From: Macrostomum lignano
Taxonomy: Eukaryota
Length of the DNA stretch: 64,000 bases
Direction: 5' to 3'
Assembly (NCBI GenBank): GCA_002269645.1
Contig: NIVC01000411.1
Location: 143,891 to 207,890 of the forward strand
Positions within the stretch are counted from its first letter, which is position 1. Every line of letters begins with the position of its first letter. The position numbers and the translations under genes are program-made. A model generated the notes under the pieces. It saw nothing but the letters and a program-made list of their open reading frames with translations, was not told the origin of the DNA and searched no databases. Shown here in pieces: positions 13,191-25,330 of the stretch.

Positions 13191-14149
13191 TTGATAAACT
13201 TCATGTTTAGAAGGGCTCTGTTGGTGTCGGGCGAAAGTAGGAATTGCCAATGCCCCCTTGACCCTGTGGGGTGGTATTTTTTGCTTTAAAGTGCCAGCCA
13301 CATCCGATGGCGTTAAACAATTGTGCATTAGCTGTTGGCAGACACGGGGCTCGCTTGTGCGCATAGGCTTTTACGACGTATGGGATGCCATATAATGTGG
13401 TTACATGTGTAAATCAGATGGAAGTTAGCTGTACATGTAAAACCAAGATTGCGAGTTTTGAATATTGTTGCAATATATTAGTTCGATGAAAGATGGCAGC
13501 CTTTGCCTTTCCTTTCTACAGTACTTTTAGCATTTTTCTGTACAATTAAGTAATCTAGCTGCACCAGCAAGTGCAGCATGTTACACACACAGTTCATGTA
13601 CTACGGTATGTAAACAAACTCGAGAAAATAATTAATTCTGTCGACTGAACCGCGTCACGGTTCACCGCGTCATCGAGAGTTCAAGCTGCAGCGCATAAAA
13701 GTTTACTTAACTCGAGGACATCAAAGCAGTTTAAACCACAGAACTTACACAGAATGCTCAATCAGCGATTTAATGAAATTAAACAGCGTAGAAATGGCTT
13801 CGCCTCGGTCAATAAACGAGACACCTCTTGCTTTTGCCCGCTAGACAACAAAATAAATGGGGAATATGATATGTATCCCCCGTTCGTTGTCTATGGTTGT
13901 TGTCTCGAATTTATCAGCCCGCGGGGCAGCGGGAAATAAATGATTTATTCACCTAGGGAAATAAATGAAAACATGCGTCACATAGACACTCGCCCGGGGC
14001 AAAAGGGGGATACATAGATATGCGTACATAAGTAGCCATAGACTATTACTCAAGTGTGTAGCACAAGATATATTCATTTAATAGAATTACTTGCAGCAGC
14101 ATTGTCTTTTCACAAAGAATTTGGATGTTTGGTTTTGCTGCAGTGAAGT

Positions 14150-14841
14150 ATGCCTTCTGCAAAATCGCGAAAACAGTGTGCTGTCCACCAGAAACCAGGT
14201 TTCACAGCTTTCCTTCAAAGCGTGCCCGGTAAGCTTAGTCGAATCGTGACTAATATTATTTGCATGAAAACTTGTGTACGATTTATGTTGAATTTTACGC
14301 TGTAGGTGTGAAGACTGGGCTCGTCGCATCTTCCGTGCTAACCTTCTGGGGAAGAAGTATGAGCACAAATGGGCGATTGCAGTGGTGTGCAGTCAGCACT
14401 TCGCTGATCACATGTATATGTGCCCGAAAGACCGTCATGAGCCGCACAGTCGACTTGTCTGGAATGCGCATCCAACACTGAAGCTGTATAAAGACACGGC
14501 TCAGGAGCAGAAGACCCGCTCGCCTCCAAAGCCAAGAGCCTGTGTCTCAGAAGAGTTACATCTATCCCAGACTCAAACTCAAAAGAAAGCAAAAGCAAAA
14601 AGCCAAATGGAATGACATTGCTGCTGTTGCAAGCCTTGAACTTGTTAAGTCTGATCAGCTTCATCTCGTCCCAAAGTTGACTGATGTGCATATCAGTTTA
14701 CCTGTTGGGAAAAACATGAGTGTCAAATTGGCAGCGCAGGTGTTGTCTCGTACAATGGCGCAAGCTCTAAGAACCTATCACGCTCATGGAGTCATTCAAT
14801 CTGCTTCTGCACTCCACACACAGCCCGATTTTGTGAACTAG
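14150..14841 (+). pseudogene. P-element/THAP9-like transposase relic (THAP domain + fragment of the transposase core)
   Basis: Exon 14150-14228 (CAV...RFHSFP, frameshifted), intron 14229-14305, then CEDW...VCSQHF...LVWNAHPTL (THAP). In another frame PKLTDVHI...KNMSVKLAAQVLS, typical of P transposases. Large internal deletion. Confidence 0.75.
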
Positions 14842-15049
14842 TTCTGTGGTTTAAACTCTCTCGCTGCCGATCCAAACACATTTAATTCATGTACGATTGC
14901 TCACTGAGCTGTGCTGTAAAATTTTAATGTAATGGACGTCACTAATTCTTCAGTAAAGCAAGATGCCATCGTCGCGCCGCGCCCGTAGCCAGGATTTTTC
15001 TTTGCGGAGGGGGGGGCGCCATCGAATGATGGCCAACATCAAAAAGGAG

Positions 15050-15170
15050 GCCGACAATTGACGGCCACAATTTGACCGCCGACAATTTGACCGCCGAAAA
15101 CTTAAAAGGCCGCCCTATTTCACCTTGAATAGAACAGCGGTCAAATTGTCTAGCGGTCAAATTGTCTTGT
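15050..15170. repeat. Small inverted-repeat element with gacaatttgaccgc units
   Basis: Tandem gacaatttgaccgc on the left, gcggtcaaattgtc x2 on the right. Confidence 0.55.
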
Positions 15171-15599
15171 TTAAAGTTTAATCAAATTGTAGCGGTCTCA
15201 AATTGTTGTAGACCAACATCAAATGGAGCGCCAGAACCTGGGATTGCCACTTAAGTAGTCCTGGCATCAAAACAGCAATTAAGGTGGCTGGCCGCCATAG
15301 TTTTTGCCAGCCTACTGCTACTGTTACTCCTCCCCCCTGGCCTCGCCTGTCAAGAGCAGTCGACACAAATTAAACACAGCTAGGCCCCCTATTGGTTTCA
15401 AATTGGTGGTCTATTTTTACCGGATGTATTATAGTAGTAGGTAAGTTTTTCAATTCCAGAAGAGCTTTTTGACTGGTCGTTCTACCTCTCAATTAATTTA
15501 ATTAAATAAAAAAATTATTCTTCAAAAAACTTTCGCTACGTTTTACAGGTTGATCAGGTTGATCAGGGACTCAGGGTTATATTTATATAGGCCGGACTA

Positions 15600-17120
15600 T
15601 ATTTTTGAATGGATGGCGGATGGGCCTAACCAGGCCTAACTAGTTTGATGGACAAGTTGGGAGGGGAATGGGAATAGTTTCATGTCAAAAAACAACAGCC
15701 ATGACAGTCATGACAATCAGCTGTTTGTGTAAAAAAAACAATTTTCATGATAATGTTGGCCGCTACAAGCCCAGTTACAGTCTTGTGAACTTTAATGTCT
15801 TTAAATTTAATTGTTTAAGAGAGACTTTTTGGTAGTGCACAAAGGAACTAACTTCAATCAAATCAAAGTAAAGCATAAAATTGCCGTGTGCCTTTTCCTA
15901 GTGAACTGAACTGACTCAAAGCCTAGCCTATATTAAATGAAAAACGAATCCAAAAACAAGTCTTTCGATCGTTTCCTTATCTAAGCATAAAGCTTAGGCC
16001 TATCTAAGATAAGCAAAGGCTAGGGTAGTGAGTAGGCCAGTTCTAGTTGATATGATTCCTTCATTTTTAAAGTGCCATGATAGCACCCTAGCCTAGGGCT
16101 AGGCCCTATTTTTTCTATTTTACCTTTGGGCTTAAATTTTATAAACTATTAATAGTTTTTAGGCCTCAGACCTGGCCTAAGACCAGACATTAGGCTCTAG
16201 GCCTAGGCTAAAAGTTCTCAATTTAGGTATAGGCCTATCTAGGTACAAGGGGCCTTCAGAATAGACTTAGACATATAGCCTACAGGCAGACCTAGTACTA
16301 GTAGGTATAGGCCTACATGCCTAGGGGCTATGCCTATGACTAGGTTTATATATAAACTAAAAACATGCTTAGTATTTTATATAGCTTAGGCCTATCGCCT
16401 ATATAGCCTATAGGCCTAGCCCTAGGCCTAGCCTAGAATGGCTAGATATTATTTATTAGGCAAGGCCTAACCTAGGCCTATACTAGGCCTATGCCGATAT
16501 TATTTAATTATTAGGCTTATTATTAAAAGAATCTAGGCCCTATAGTATTAGTATTATTAGGCCTAGGCCTAGTGAGATTTTGAATTATTGAATTTATGCT
16601 TTTGGATACCAATGAATAGGCCTATATAATAGACTAAAACTAGGCCTAAGGAAAATGCAAATTGCAAATATTAGCTAAAAATTTCTCTAATTGATCACAT
16701 AGATTGATATATCATATACCTACCTATTGACAAACTTAGGCGCAGATCAAGAAAATTTTTAAAGAGGGGGCCAAGCTGTTACCATTACCAAGCACTACAA
16801 CCCTATTGGAAAATAGACCTAGCATAATAGTAGGCCAAAAAATTATGACCAAAATTTTGGCCACAGCTGAAGGGCAAGGCCATGGCCACCTTGGCTCACC
16901 CTCTGGATCTGCCCCTAGACAAACCATTTTTAGTATATTGATTAGGGCCTAGGTCTAAAATTTTATTGCTATAGGTTTAGTTAGGTCTATAGTTAGGATC
17001 ATGGCATATGCTGCATACATACCTTAAAATTATATTTAAGACCAAAAAACTTCCTACCCTAGGCCCTAATAGGCCTACCTTGGTTCCCTAAAACTTAGAC
17101 TTAAAATCTGCTCTAATACC
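15600..17120. repeat. AT-rich region dense in TAGGCCTA/CCTAGG palindromic words
   Basis: Dozens of taggcct/cctagg/aggcct occurrences without fixed periodicity. Confidence 0.6.
16737..16917. mobile_element. 181-bp hAT-type MITE
   Basis: TIR taggcgcagatcaag / reverse complement taggggcagatccag; 8-bp TSD gacaaact (16729-16736) / gacaaacc (16918-16925). Confidence 0.7.
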
Positions 17121-18064
17121 TTAAATTAGTCTCAATTTTTGCTCTTAAGTACCAAGATTAAGAACCAATTTAATTATCAATTTAATCTAGATCCACATTA
17201 TAGTATTAGCCAACAAATAGGCAACATTGTTTAGCTCTTCTATTATATAAGTCAACTACTTTGTTATTCTCTATCCTATATTATTCCTTATTTACCTTTG
17301 GCCTTTGCCTTGCCCTGCCCTAGGCCTACTCTTGTCTTGCCTCAACTTGCCCTGCCTTTGCCCTGCTTCAACTTGCCTTTCCTTGCCCTGCCTTACCTTG
17401 TCTTATTTTGCTCTGACCCAAGTAAAATTTGCCCTGAATTTTCAATGAAAAAAAACATTTTCCTGGCTAGCTAGATCAATGATATAGTATAAGTATATAA
17501 AAATCATCTAAATATAGGACTAAAAGTAATGCAAGGCTTATCTTTGTTTTTGTTATAATTTAACTCCTAGACAGCTAGACTACTTGCAAATTAACATAAA
17601 AACTTATATGGGAAAACTACAAATTTTAGAATGAGGCGTTAGTTAGGCTATTTTATTTAATCTTTTTTTCACATTTTAAGATCTCTATAAAAGTAGAAAA
17701 TTGTTTTTTAAACCTTCAATAACCTTTTTTCGCCACTCTGCCTTTCTAGTGAAAAGGTTGGCACTAGTTTATAAAAAACCACCCTAACCTCTACCCGCAT
17801 CATGGCCGCGTGTTACTGTATATTGGGGGGGGGGAATGCATGTGTTCTTAATTCAATGCAAATACCCCCCATGTTGTGGGTGCAATTAAATGTAATGATT
17901 CCTTTAGACCAAGGGGTTGGGCTTGGGCTAAGTGGATATAGCAATTGTACAGTATAAACATAGTTAGGACTAGCAGGAAGACCCACTTTGCGGGACACAG
18001 ACAGTTTTCAAACTGCACCAAACCTGGCAACATCACCCATAGACACCTTGCAACATCAATCATC

Positions 18065-18385
18065 AATCAAGCAGAGACTGCCCACTAGAAGACAGACAGA
18101 TCAAGCAGATATAGCCTACTAGAAGACAGACCAATCAAGCAATGACAGCCTGCTAGAAGTCAGACAGATCAAGCAGAGACAGCCCACTAGAAGACAGACC
18201 AATCAAGCAGAGACAGCCCGCTAGAAGATAGACAGATCAAGCAATGACAACCTGCTAGAAGACAGACAGATCAAGAAGAGAAAGCCCATGATAAAAGCAG
18301 ACAGATCAAGCAGAGAAAGCCTGCAATAAAGCAGACAGATCAAGCCGAGACAACCTGCTGGAAGACAGACAAATCAAGCAGTGAG
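18065..18385. repeat. ~34-bp degenerate minisatellite (agacagacagatcaagcagagacagcccactaga)
   Basis: About 9 units. Confidence 0.8.
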
Positions 18386-20189
18386 AAGCAGTACACAATG
18401 ACACCGATAAGCAGCACACTTCACACACAGCAAGTGAAACTTCAAATAGTGAAAACCAACTTCAAATAGTTTATAAGTTTCACAGACAGTCATATAAACT
18501 GAATAGTAGTTCGGATGAAAAGCAGCCTGTTAAAGTTCTGACTGAATAATCATTTGTGGCACCTTGACCAAATTAAATCATTGGTCAAGAACTCTTGCCG
18601 TACCCAGTTCCCACTTTATCAAGAGAAATATACAAAATATTTTGCGTGTACAAATTTGAGCCCCCAAACCCAGAGGCCTCGCAATTGATAATTGCATTTG
18701 AGCTCAACTCTCTCTCCCTGCCCTAGCAATGTACACAGCTGTCCATTTTCAATTGGCCCCCGGCCAACAATATACACAGTACATTATTCAAGCCAATCTT
18801 CTTTTTAGTGCTGTGCTTCTGATTTTCAGATTTAAAGCAATAAAATTATATCCCCATGTTTAGCATTTCAAGCTCTTTCAGGCAATATAATTATCTCACT
18901 CCAATCTAAAAAAACTCGAAGCACAATCAACAAATGAAAATCATAGCTACACTTAAAGGCCTGCAAAAAAGGTCATTGAATTTCTCTCCCCAACCATTGC
19001 CAAAGTTAAATTTTGACGCTGCCCTACAGCCAGGGGTACACACACCTTTGCACATTGCCAAGTGAGCCAACAAACCCCCATTCCTTTCTGCACACAAATC
19101 AGCCTAGCTAAATGAAATACACTAGAGAGATAGGCCAGATTGCTGATGCAACCTCAATCAAGTCAACCAAATTGGCAGTCAGGAAGCCTTTCCTTCAACT
19201 GACCACGGAAATTCCATGGCAAAAAGTAGTTTTTTGCTAATTAAACATCCTTCGCATTATCAGAAATTTTAGCAAAATCTACCACATCACCGCTGGAAAA
19301 CTTGCAAGCTAACAGTGCAAGTCCTGTGAAGATTATTCTTGTGGTTCATTCTAAAATATGAACTTCACAAACAAATAAATAGACAGATATAGTCAACTTT
19401 AGTTATATAGATTAGTTATATAGACTAGGATATGTAGCCCTATGTATTAGCTAAATAGTGAAATTTGTTAAACTTGCAAGCCTCTTACTGTAGCAAAAAG
19501 TGAACTTACACCAGATGCTTTAATGGTTTTAATTAGGAAGCTTTAAATGCTAACTGTTCTTTGACCTTTAAACTTTGAGGGGAATAACTTATATTGCTAG
19601 AAAGAGCTTGCAATGCTAAGTTCCAGGATATAAGTTGTTTGCTTTTGAAATAGAATGGGTTTTCTTGGGATGGCCTAGTAGGTCTTTGAATCCCACCACT
19701 GCCACCAGTGTTGTACCTGTGGTTGTCCTGCTGTATAGCGCAGTGACTTGGGCTCCGTCCTCTCACTCAGAAGCCTTCTTAACTCTTAGTAGCGTAGGTA
19801 GTGCTGCCACCAGTTCCTTTAGGTCTCGGCCTTCAATGAGGTGAGCTTCCCATCGGAATGAAATAAACAAGTCAACAGTGTGCAGATTTGCAGATTAATG
19901 AACAAGGTGTCCTGATCAGCAGATCCCCGCCGGGCTCAGGGATGGCTGGGAAGGCAGTGTTAGCCTCCCTTAGGCTTGGGCTTTAGTGGGGTCTCAGTCA
20001 GACCAGTACAAATGGATTTAGTATGCAAAGGGTACTTAGTTAGACACTGACGCACACGGATCTTAGTGAATTATCCGCAGAAAAGAAGCCATTCCTTGAC
20101 GGAAACAAGGGAAGAGGGATCCTATTTATAACAGGGAAACACCCACGCACAAGACCTCGTGACTTGTTCTATTTTTAGAACTGACGTCA

Positions 20190-23100
20190 CACGCCTCCCC
20201 TGAAGAGAGAGTTTGGTCAATGAAATATACCCTAAAAAATATTGATTTCCCATGAATCTATGACCCAACAGAAGTCCAAAAAAGCAATAGTTGAAATCCT
20301 ATCGCATTGTCTGCATAGTGTACAGGTATGCTAATTAGTACAGTGATTTTTAGTACCAGGTAGGTACTACAAGAAGAACAAGAAGGTCTGAGAGAACATG
20401 GCAACCATCCTGCAGCAACGAAAATGCTAAAACAAGGTAGAATTTACGTTTCTGTTCATTCTCTGTCACTTATGGTTCATTAATAGTATTTTTATCACCT
20501 GTCCATACCTGTGTACACCTGAAAATTATGTTTTTGCATACTATATTGTGCTGAATTCACACCAGGGCGTGTATCTTCACACTTATCATTGTACGAGCGT
20601 ATTTACATGTATATGCTCGTGGCTCAAAATAAATTGAATTCAATATTCTGGCTGCAGACTTTTCTTTCTGTTTCAATAAGCTATTTGGCCCACAGACATC
20701 TCCAGATGATGAGGCAGTCAGAACTAGGAGACAAGTTAATTCCAGTGTTTTCTTCAGAACAAAAAGAAATAGCAAGCAGCAGCTGCTACACTTTTACTAA
20801 ACTTTTACTGAAATTAAAGTTACTGTAAGTGAGACAACTGTAGCTATGAAAATGAAAAGGGTATATTTGAGTGAGATACTCTAGGTCGACATTTATAAGC
20901 TGAGTGAAAGCGTACAATACACGATTGAGTGTGATATGGGGTGGGGCGATCAATAATTTGGGGGAATGTACGTATGAGCTACATAAATATGCATGCAATA
21001 TATTAGACTAATTGAGCGTGCAGGTAGAAATACAAGAAAGAATAATAAAAAAATACCGCGACACTGGCTGCTCCAGAACAATGCCAAACAACAAGCGCTC
21101 ACATGAAGAAAATCGAAGATGTGTGTGCATCTTGTGCTTTCGGAAGGGAGACCGACCGCTGACAGCCACTCTTGAAGCGCTGATTGAATGCCATGTGCTG
21201 CCAGGCTTCGCTGACCATCGTGGATTTCTGCCTTTAAGCATCTGCAACTCCTGCAGAATCAAGCTGATGTCACAAAGCAGCCCTGCACCAACACCTCTGC
21301 CGCCAAAAATGCCCTACGAGCAAGTTATTGCAGATCTGCGCTGTCTTCCGCCACTCACTCGCGAACGCCCCGATTGCAACTGCTGGGTGTGCCATGTGGG
21401 CTCCAGCAGAGCCAACAAGAATGTGGCTGTATATCACCCTTTCATGCCAGATGAGTCTGCTGCTGGTATTGCGACGCCACTTGGTCGCCCTCCAAATAAG
21501 GCACCTGGGCCGATGGAAGACAGTGTCGTCAAACGCTGTGAGACGTGCTCATCGCCAGTGGCACGTGGATTGAGGCACCAGTGTGGACAGGCGGCAAAAC
21601 TGCGCTATCTTGATGCCCTAAGCCCCTACTCAAGGGAGCACGTAGCCTGCGGTCTTCTGCGTGAGAAGCTGGGTGTAGCCACCTCTTCTGGCTCCTTAGC
21701 AACTGCAAGCCTGACTTCTGGCACAGGTGGGCGCCCACTCCAAGTTCAAGTGGCTGGTACATCAACTACCGAGATTGCGTCGGTCCAGCATAGCACTATG
21801 CGAGCCGTAAAGACTGCACTCAACCTCAGCACCAGTCAGACGCTACGTGCGGCTCAAGTGATCAGAGAAGCGTCCGGCAGCAAAAAGGCCGTGCAGTCTG
21901 GGCTGAAGGAGTTTCTGTTTGCTGAAGGTCAGAGTGTCGCCAAGTTTTTTACAGCTGAGCAGCGGCAGTTTTTCCGCAAACAGCCTAATGGACAAGAGTG
22001 TGTGATCGAACGGTCTGTCGTGTTCTGCCGGGATGTATACGCTTTTCTGGCGCATGTCAGTAACTCGAGAGGCACTGCTGAGATGCACCAGAGAGTGAAA
22101 CTTGCGATTGATGGAGGAGGCAATTCCTTAAAGGTGTGCGTCAGCGTTACCGTGGATGGCAGAGGATGCACTTCGTCTGCCCAATTTAACCGATTTATGG
22201 ACTCTGGAGTGAAAAAGATCCTCATCCTGGCCCTTGTTGAGGATGTCAAAGAATGCTACCAGAACGTTAGTGTACTAATGTCAACCATCGACATCAGCTC
22301 CATTAACTTCACGTTGGCCTGCGATTTTAAACTGGCAAACATAATCAGCGGGATCCAGAGCCATTCTTCATCGCATCCCTGCCTGTACTGTGAGGGCAGG
22401 CCTCCATGGGAAGTACCAGCACAAAGGAGGACGCTCGGCTCAATTCGACACCTGGCAAGTGAGTTTCAGGCAGCTGGTGGACACCAGCCTCTAGCCAAAA
22501 ACTTTGCCAACTGCGTCCAGCCTCCACTGCTACCTGGGAGCGATTCTGCTGAACTGCTGGACGTGGTACCACCGCCAGAGCTGCACATGATGCTTGGCAT
22601 TGTGAACCGATTGCTTGATGCTCTCAATGCAAGCTGGGGTGGCAACAAGGCCTACGAGTGGGCCTATGAAGCAGGCATCTGCAGGCAGCAGTATCATGGA
22701 GGTTGCCTGGAGGGCCCAGCGTGCAAAAAGCTCCTTCTGAAGGCGAGTGAGCTGTGGAGCGTGCTGCCTCCACACCTGAAGCTCTACGCAACAGCACTTC
22801 AAGACTTCAACGCTGTGCGCGAAGCTTGCTTTGGCCAAAGTCTGGCAGCTGATTACAGTCTCTACATTGCTCGCTTCCAGACGACATGTAGGTACCTCGA
22901 GCTTTCAGTTACGCCAAAGATGCACGCGCTTTTTGACCATGTGCCAGCGTTCTGCGGCAAGTATGGCAAGGGGCTTGGCAGCTTTAGTGAACAGGCTGTT
23001 GAATCAGCCCACAGTGACTTCGAAGCCACCTGGCAGCGCTATAAGCGCCCCCTAAATCATCCTCAGTATAGCACGTGTCTACTGCAATCCATCATAAACT

Positions 23101-23961
23101 ATAATTCATTTCACATCTGAGCCAAATATGTCATAACTTGTAACTTGCAAATTCCAATTTACTACTGCCAAGATAACTACAAGTAAACTGTTGAAAAAAG
23201 TAGTTAGTAGTTAGTACATTGGTTTTGCTGTTACATTCAATGCTTGTATTTTGACAACCCACTAAACTCGTATGTTTGTATTGGGTAAAGCAGAAAGTTG
23301 TCGCAGGTTTTAAGGCCTTCTATGAAATGAAGTGCTTGAAGTACATGTAATGGTACTGTATCACAGTAGCTGGAACTTGAATTCGGGTTTGCCCTCAACT
23401 ATTCTAGCTATTTTACTCTAGTTATTCTACCCGTGTAGTCATTTGCCGCCAAAATAAGCTTGTAATTCCCAATGACCTCTGCTTATGCTTTCTGTTTTTG
23501 CGAAACTTTTCTCTCTTCAATAGTTACTGGCTTTGTTTTGACTCTCAGTGCCAGTCTATCGCTGCACTGCTTCAAAAACTTTAAAAAATTGAAAACGTTA
23601 CTAGGGAAACACAAGCTCCATGTGTAAATTAATCTCAGTCAGGTATAGACAGGTAATAAAAATACTATTAATGAACCATAAGTGACAGAGAATGAACAGA
23701 AACGTAAATTCTACCTTGTTTTAGCATTTTCGTTGCTGCAGGATGGTTGCCATGTTCTCTCAGACCTTCTTGTTCTTCTTGTAGTACCTACCTGGTACTA
23801 AAAATCACTGTACTAATTAGCATACCTGTACACTATGCAGACAATGCGATAGGATTTCAACTATTGCTTTTTTGGACTTCTGTTGGGTCATAGATTTATG
23901 GGAAATCAATATTTTTTAGGGTATATTTCATTGACCAAACTCTCTCTTCAGGGGAGGCGTG
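20190..23961 (+). mobile_element. Chapaev-type DNA transposon, full length (3772 bp)
   Basis: TIRs 20190-20511 and 23640-23961 (322 bp, about 3 mismatches by eye); CAC...GTG termini; 4-bp TSD GTCA (20186-20189, 23962-23965); central intact ORF. Confidence 0.85.
21081..23120 (+). CDS. Chapaev-like DDE transposase (679 aa from ATG), Transib/RAG1-related fold
   Basis: N-terminal H-x7-C-x2-C ... P-x2-I-C-x2-C zinc finger, CxCxxC and CxxC...HxC. Core IDGGG (D), CDFKL (D), SHSSSHPCLYC, PPPELHMMLG, TPKMHALFDHVP, FSEQAVESAH (E). No stops. Confidence 0.85.
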   Translation: MPNNKRSHEENRRCVCILCFRKGDRPLTATLEALIECHVLPGFADHRGFLPLSICNSCRIKLMSQSSPAPTPLPPKMPYEQVIADLRCLPPLTRERPDCNCWVCHVGSSRANKNVAVYHPFMPDESAAGIATPLGRPPNKAPGPMEDSVVKRCETCSSPVARGLRHQCGQAAKLRYLDALSPYSREHVACGLLREKLGVATSSGSLATASLTSGTGGRPLQVQVAGTSTTEIASVQHSTMRAVKTALNLSTSQTLRAAQVIREASGSKKAVQSGLKEFLFAEGQSVAKFFTAEQRQFFRKQPNGQECVIERSVVFCRDVYAFLAHVSNSRGTAEMHQRVKLAIDGGGNSLKVCVSVTVDGRGCTSSAQFNRFMDSGVKKILILALVEDVKECYQNVSVLMSTIDISSINFTLACDFKLANIISGIQSHSSSHPCLYCEGRPPWEVPAQRRTLGSIRHLASEFQAAGGHQPLAKNFANCVQPPLLPGSDSAELLDVVPPPELHMMLGIVNRLLDALNASWGGNKAYEWAYEAGICRQQYHGGCLEGPACKKLLLKASELWSVLPPHLKLYATALQDFNAVREACFGQSLAADYSLYIARFQTTCRYLELSVTPKMHALFDHVPAFCGKYGKGLGSFSEQAVESAHSDFEATWQRYKRPLNHPQYSTCLLQSIINYNSFHI

Positions 23962-24839
23962 GTCACTTGAGGTCTTGGGGCAAGGTCTCAGTGCGCGCAA
24001 GACCTCGTGACTCATTCTATTTTTAGAACTGATGTCACTTGAGGTCTCCGGCCAGAGTACACGCGGCTGTGACTCAGTTGCTATTTTTAGCAACATGAGT
24101 CACTCCTCTCTTTAGAGAAGGGAGGGTTCCAAAAGCACGTGATTCTCCCGGTAAACAGGGCCAATGAGTGCAGTAAACATGTTTACTGCACTTTAAGACT
24201 CGAAGAACACAGAGTCTGTCATGTGACTTGCTCACATGACAGAGGAAAACGGGACGGGAACGAAACAGAGACAGCCCACAGCAGAGAAGCTAAGGGCTGA
24301 GAACTGAGACGCAGAAGGGCCAAGGCCAAGGGCAGCAACAGACAGGCCAAGGGGGGCGGGAAGCTGACCAGCGGCAGACAGCAACCCAGGGCGAGGGCGA
24401 GGAAGACTGCTGACAAAGTGGGATGCCTAACATCAACTAGCAGATCACTACACTTTAAATATGAAAACAAAGCATAGCATTAAAAAATAAAGTCCATACT
24501 TTTACCTTTCTATAAATATTGTACTCATTTTTGTGAGATGCAATAGATAAAGATAGGGGGTTCAATTTCTAACTGCCACTGTATATTGGAAGGGGTTGGT
24601 TGCTGTATATTGGAGGATTGATTTTGATTGCATAGCCATTTTGTTAACTTTAACTGAGACTGATACTGACTAACTGAGAAATTGATTATACCATCAATTG
24701 GTTGAATTGGTTCAATTTTTTTGGTGCCTTTTAATAGGTAGCTCTGTATATCCCTAACCCTAACTTTAACCCTAACCACTAATGCCTCTACCTTGCATAT
24801 TAGCTAAATTAATTGCATCTTTTTATAGATTTCAATTTA

Positions 24840-25330
24840 TTAGTCTTGATTGATAGAGATGATATTGATAGAAAATTTTTTAACAGAGGGGATTTTGGTA
24901 GAATTTAGTTTCATCAAGGGAATTTAATAAAGTTCTATTTCAAGGAGAGGATTTTAATGGTATTCAGTTTCATGGAGAAGATTGCTATTTCATGGAAAAG
25001 ATTTTGATGGATTTAAGTTTCATAGAAAATATTTCAATGGATTAAAGTTTTATGAAAAAAGATTTTGATATAGTTCTATTTCATAGAAAGGATTTTAGTA
25101 GTCTTGTTTCATAGAGAGGATTTTGATAGACTCCTGTTTCACAAAAAGATAGATTTCTGTTTTATTAAGACTATTTTAATTGATTTCTGTTTCACAAAGT
25201 GGCTTTTGATAGATATCTGTTTTACAGAAAGGATTTTGATTGATTTCTATTCAAAGGAGAGGATTTAAATGGATTTATTTTTCACTGAGATGATTTTGAT
25301 GGAGTCCTGTTTGATGGAGAGGATTTTCAT
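24840..25330. repeat. Degenerate ~30-bp tandem repeat (aggattttgatagatttctgtttcatagag-like)
   Basis: Recurrent ggatttt...tttcat(a/g)ga. Confidence 0.6.

Larger units (their letters stand above)
19500..24530 (-). mobile_element. Possible LTR-like host element split by the Chapaev insertion
   Basis: TATAAATA on the minus strand at ~20125 and palindromic enhancer-like units on both sides of the insertion; boundaries not defined. Confidence 0.25.

Noticed and set aside
21012-23120. Domesticated RAG1 gene or Transib element
   Set aside because: 4-bp TSD (Transib/RAG give 5 bp), long intact TIRs, no RAG2-like ORF and no RSS heptamer/nonamer recognised; the DGGG/CDxKL motifs fit Chapaev better
24760-24782. 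Telomere-like ccctaaccctaa
   Set aside because: Only 2-3 imperfect units; too short to indicate an interstitial telomere
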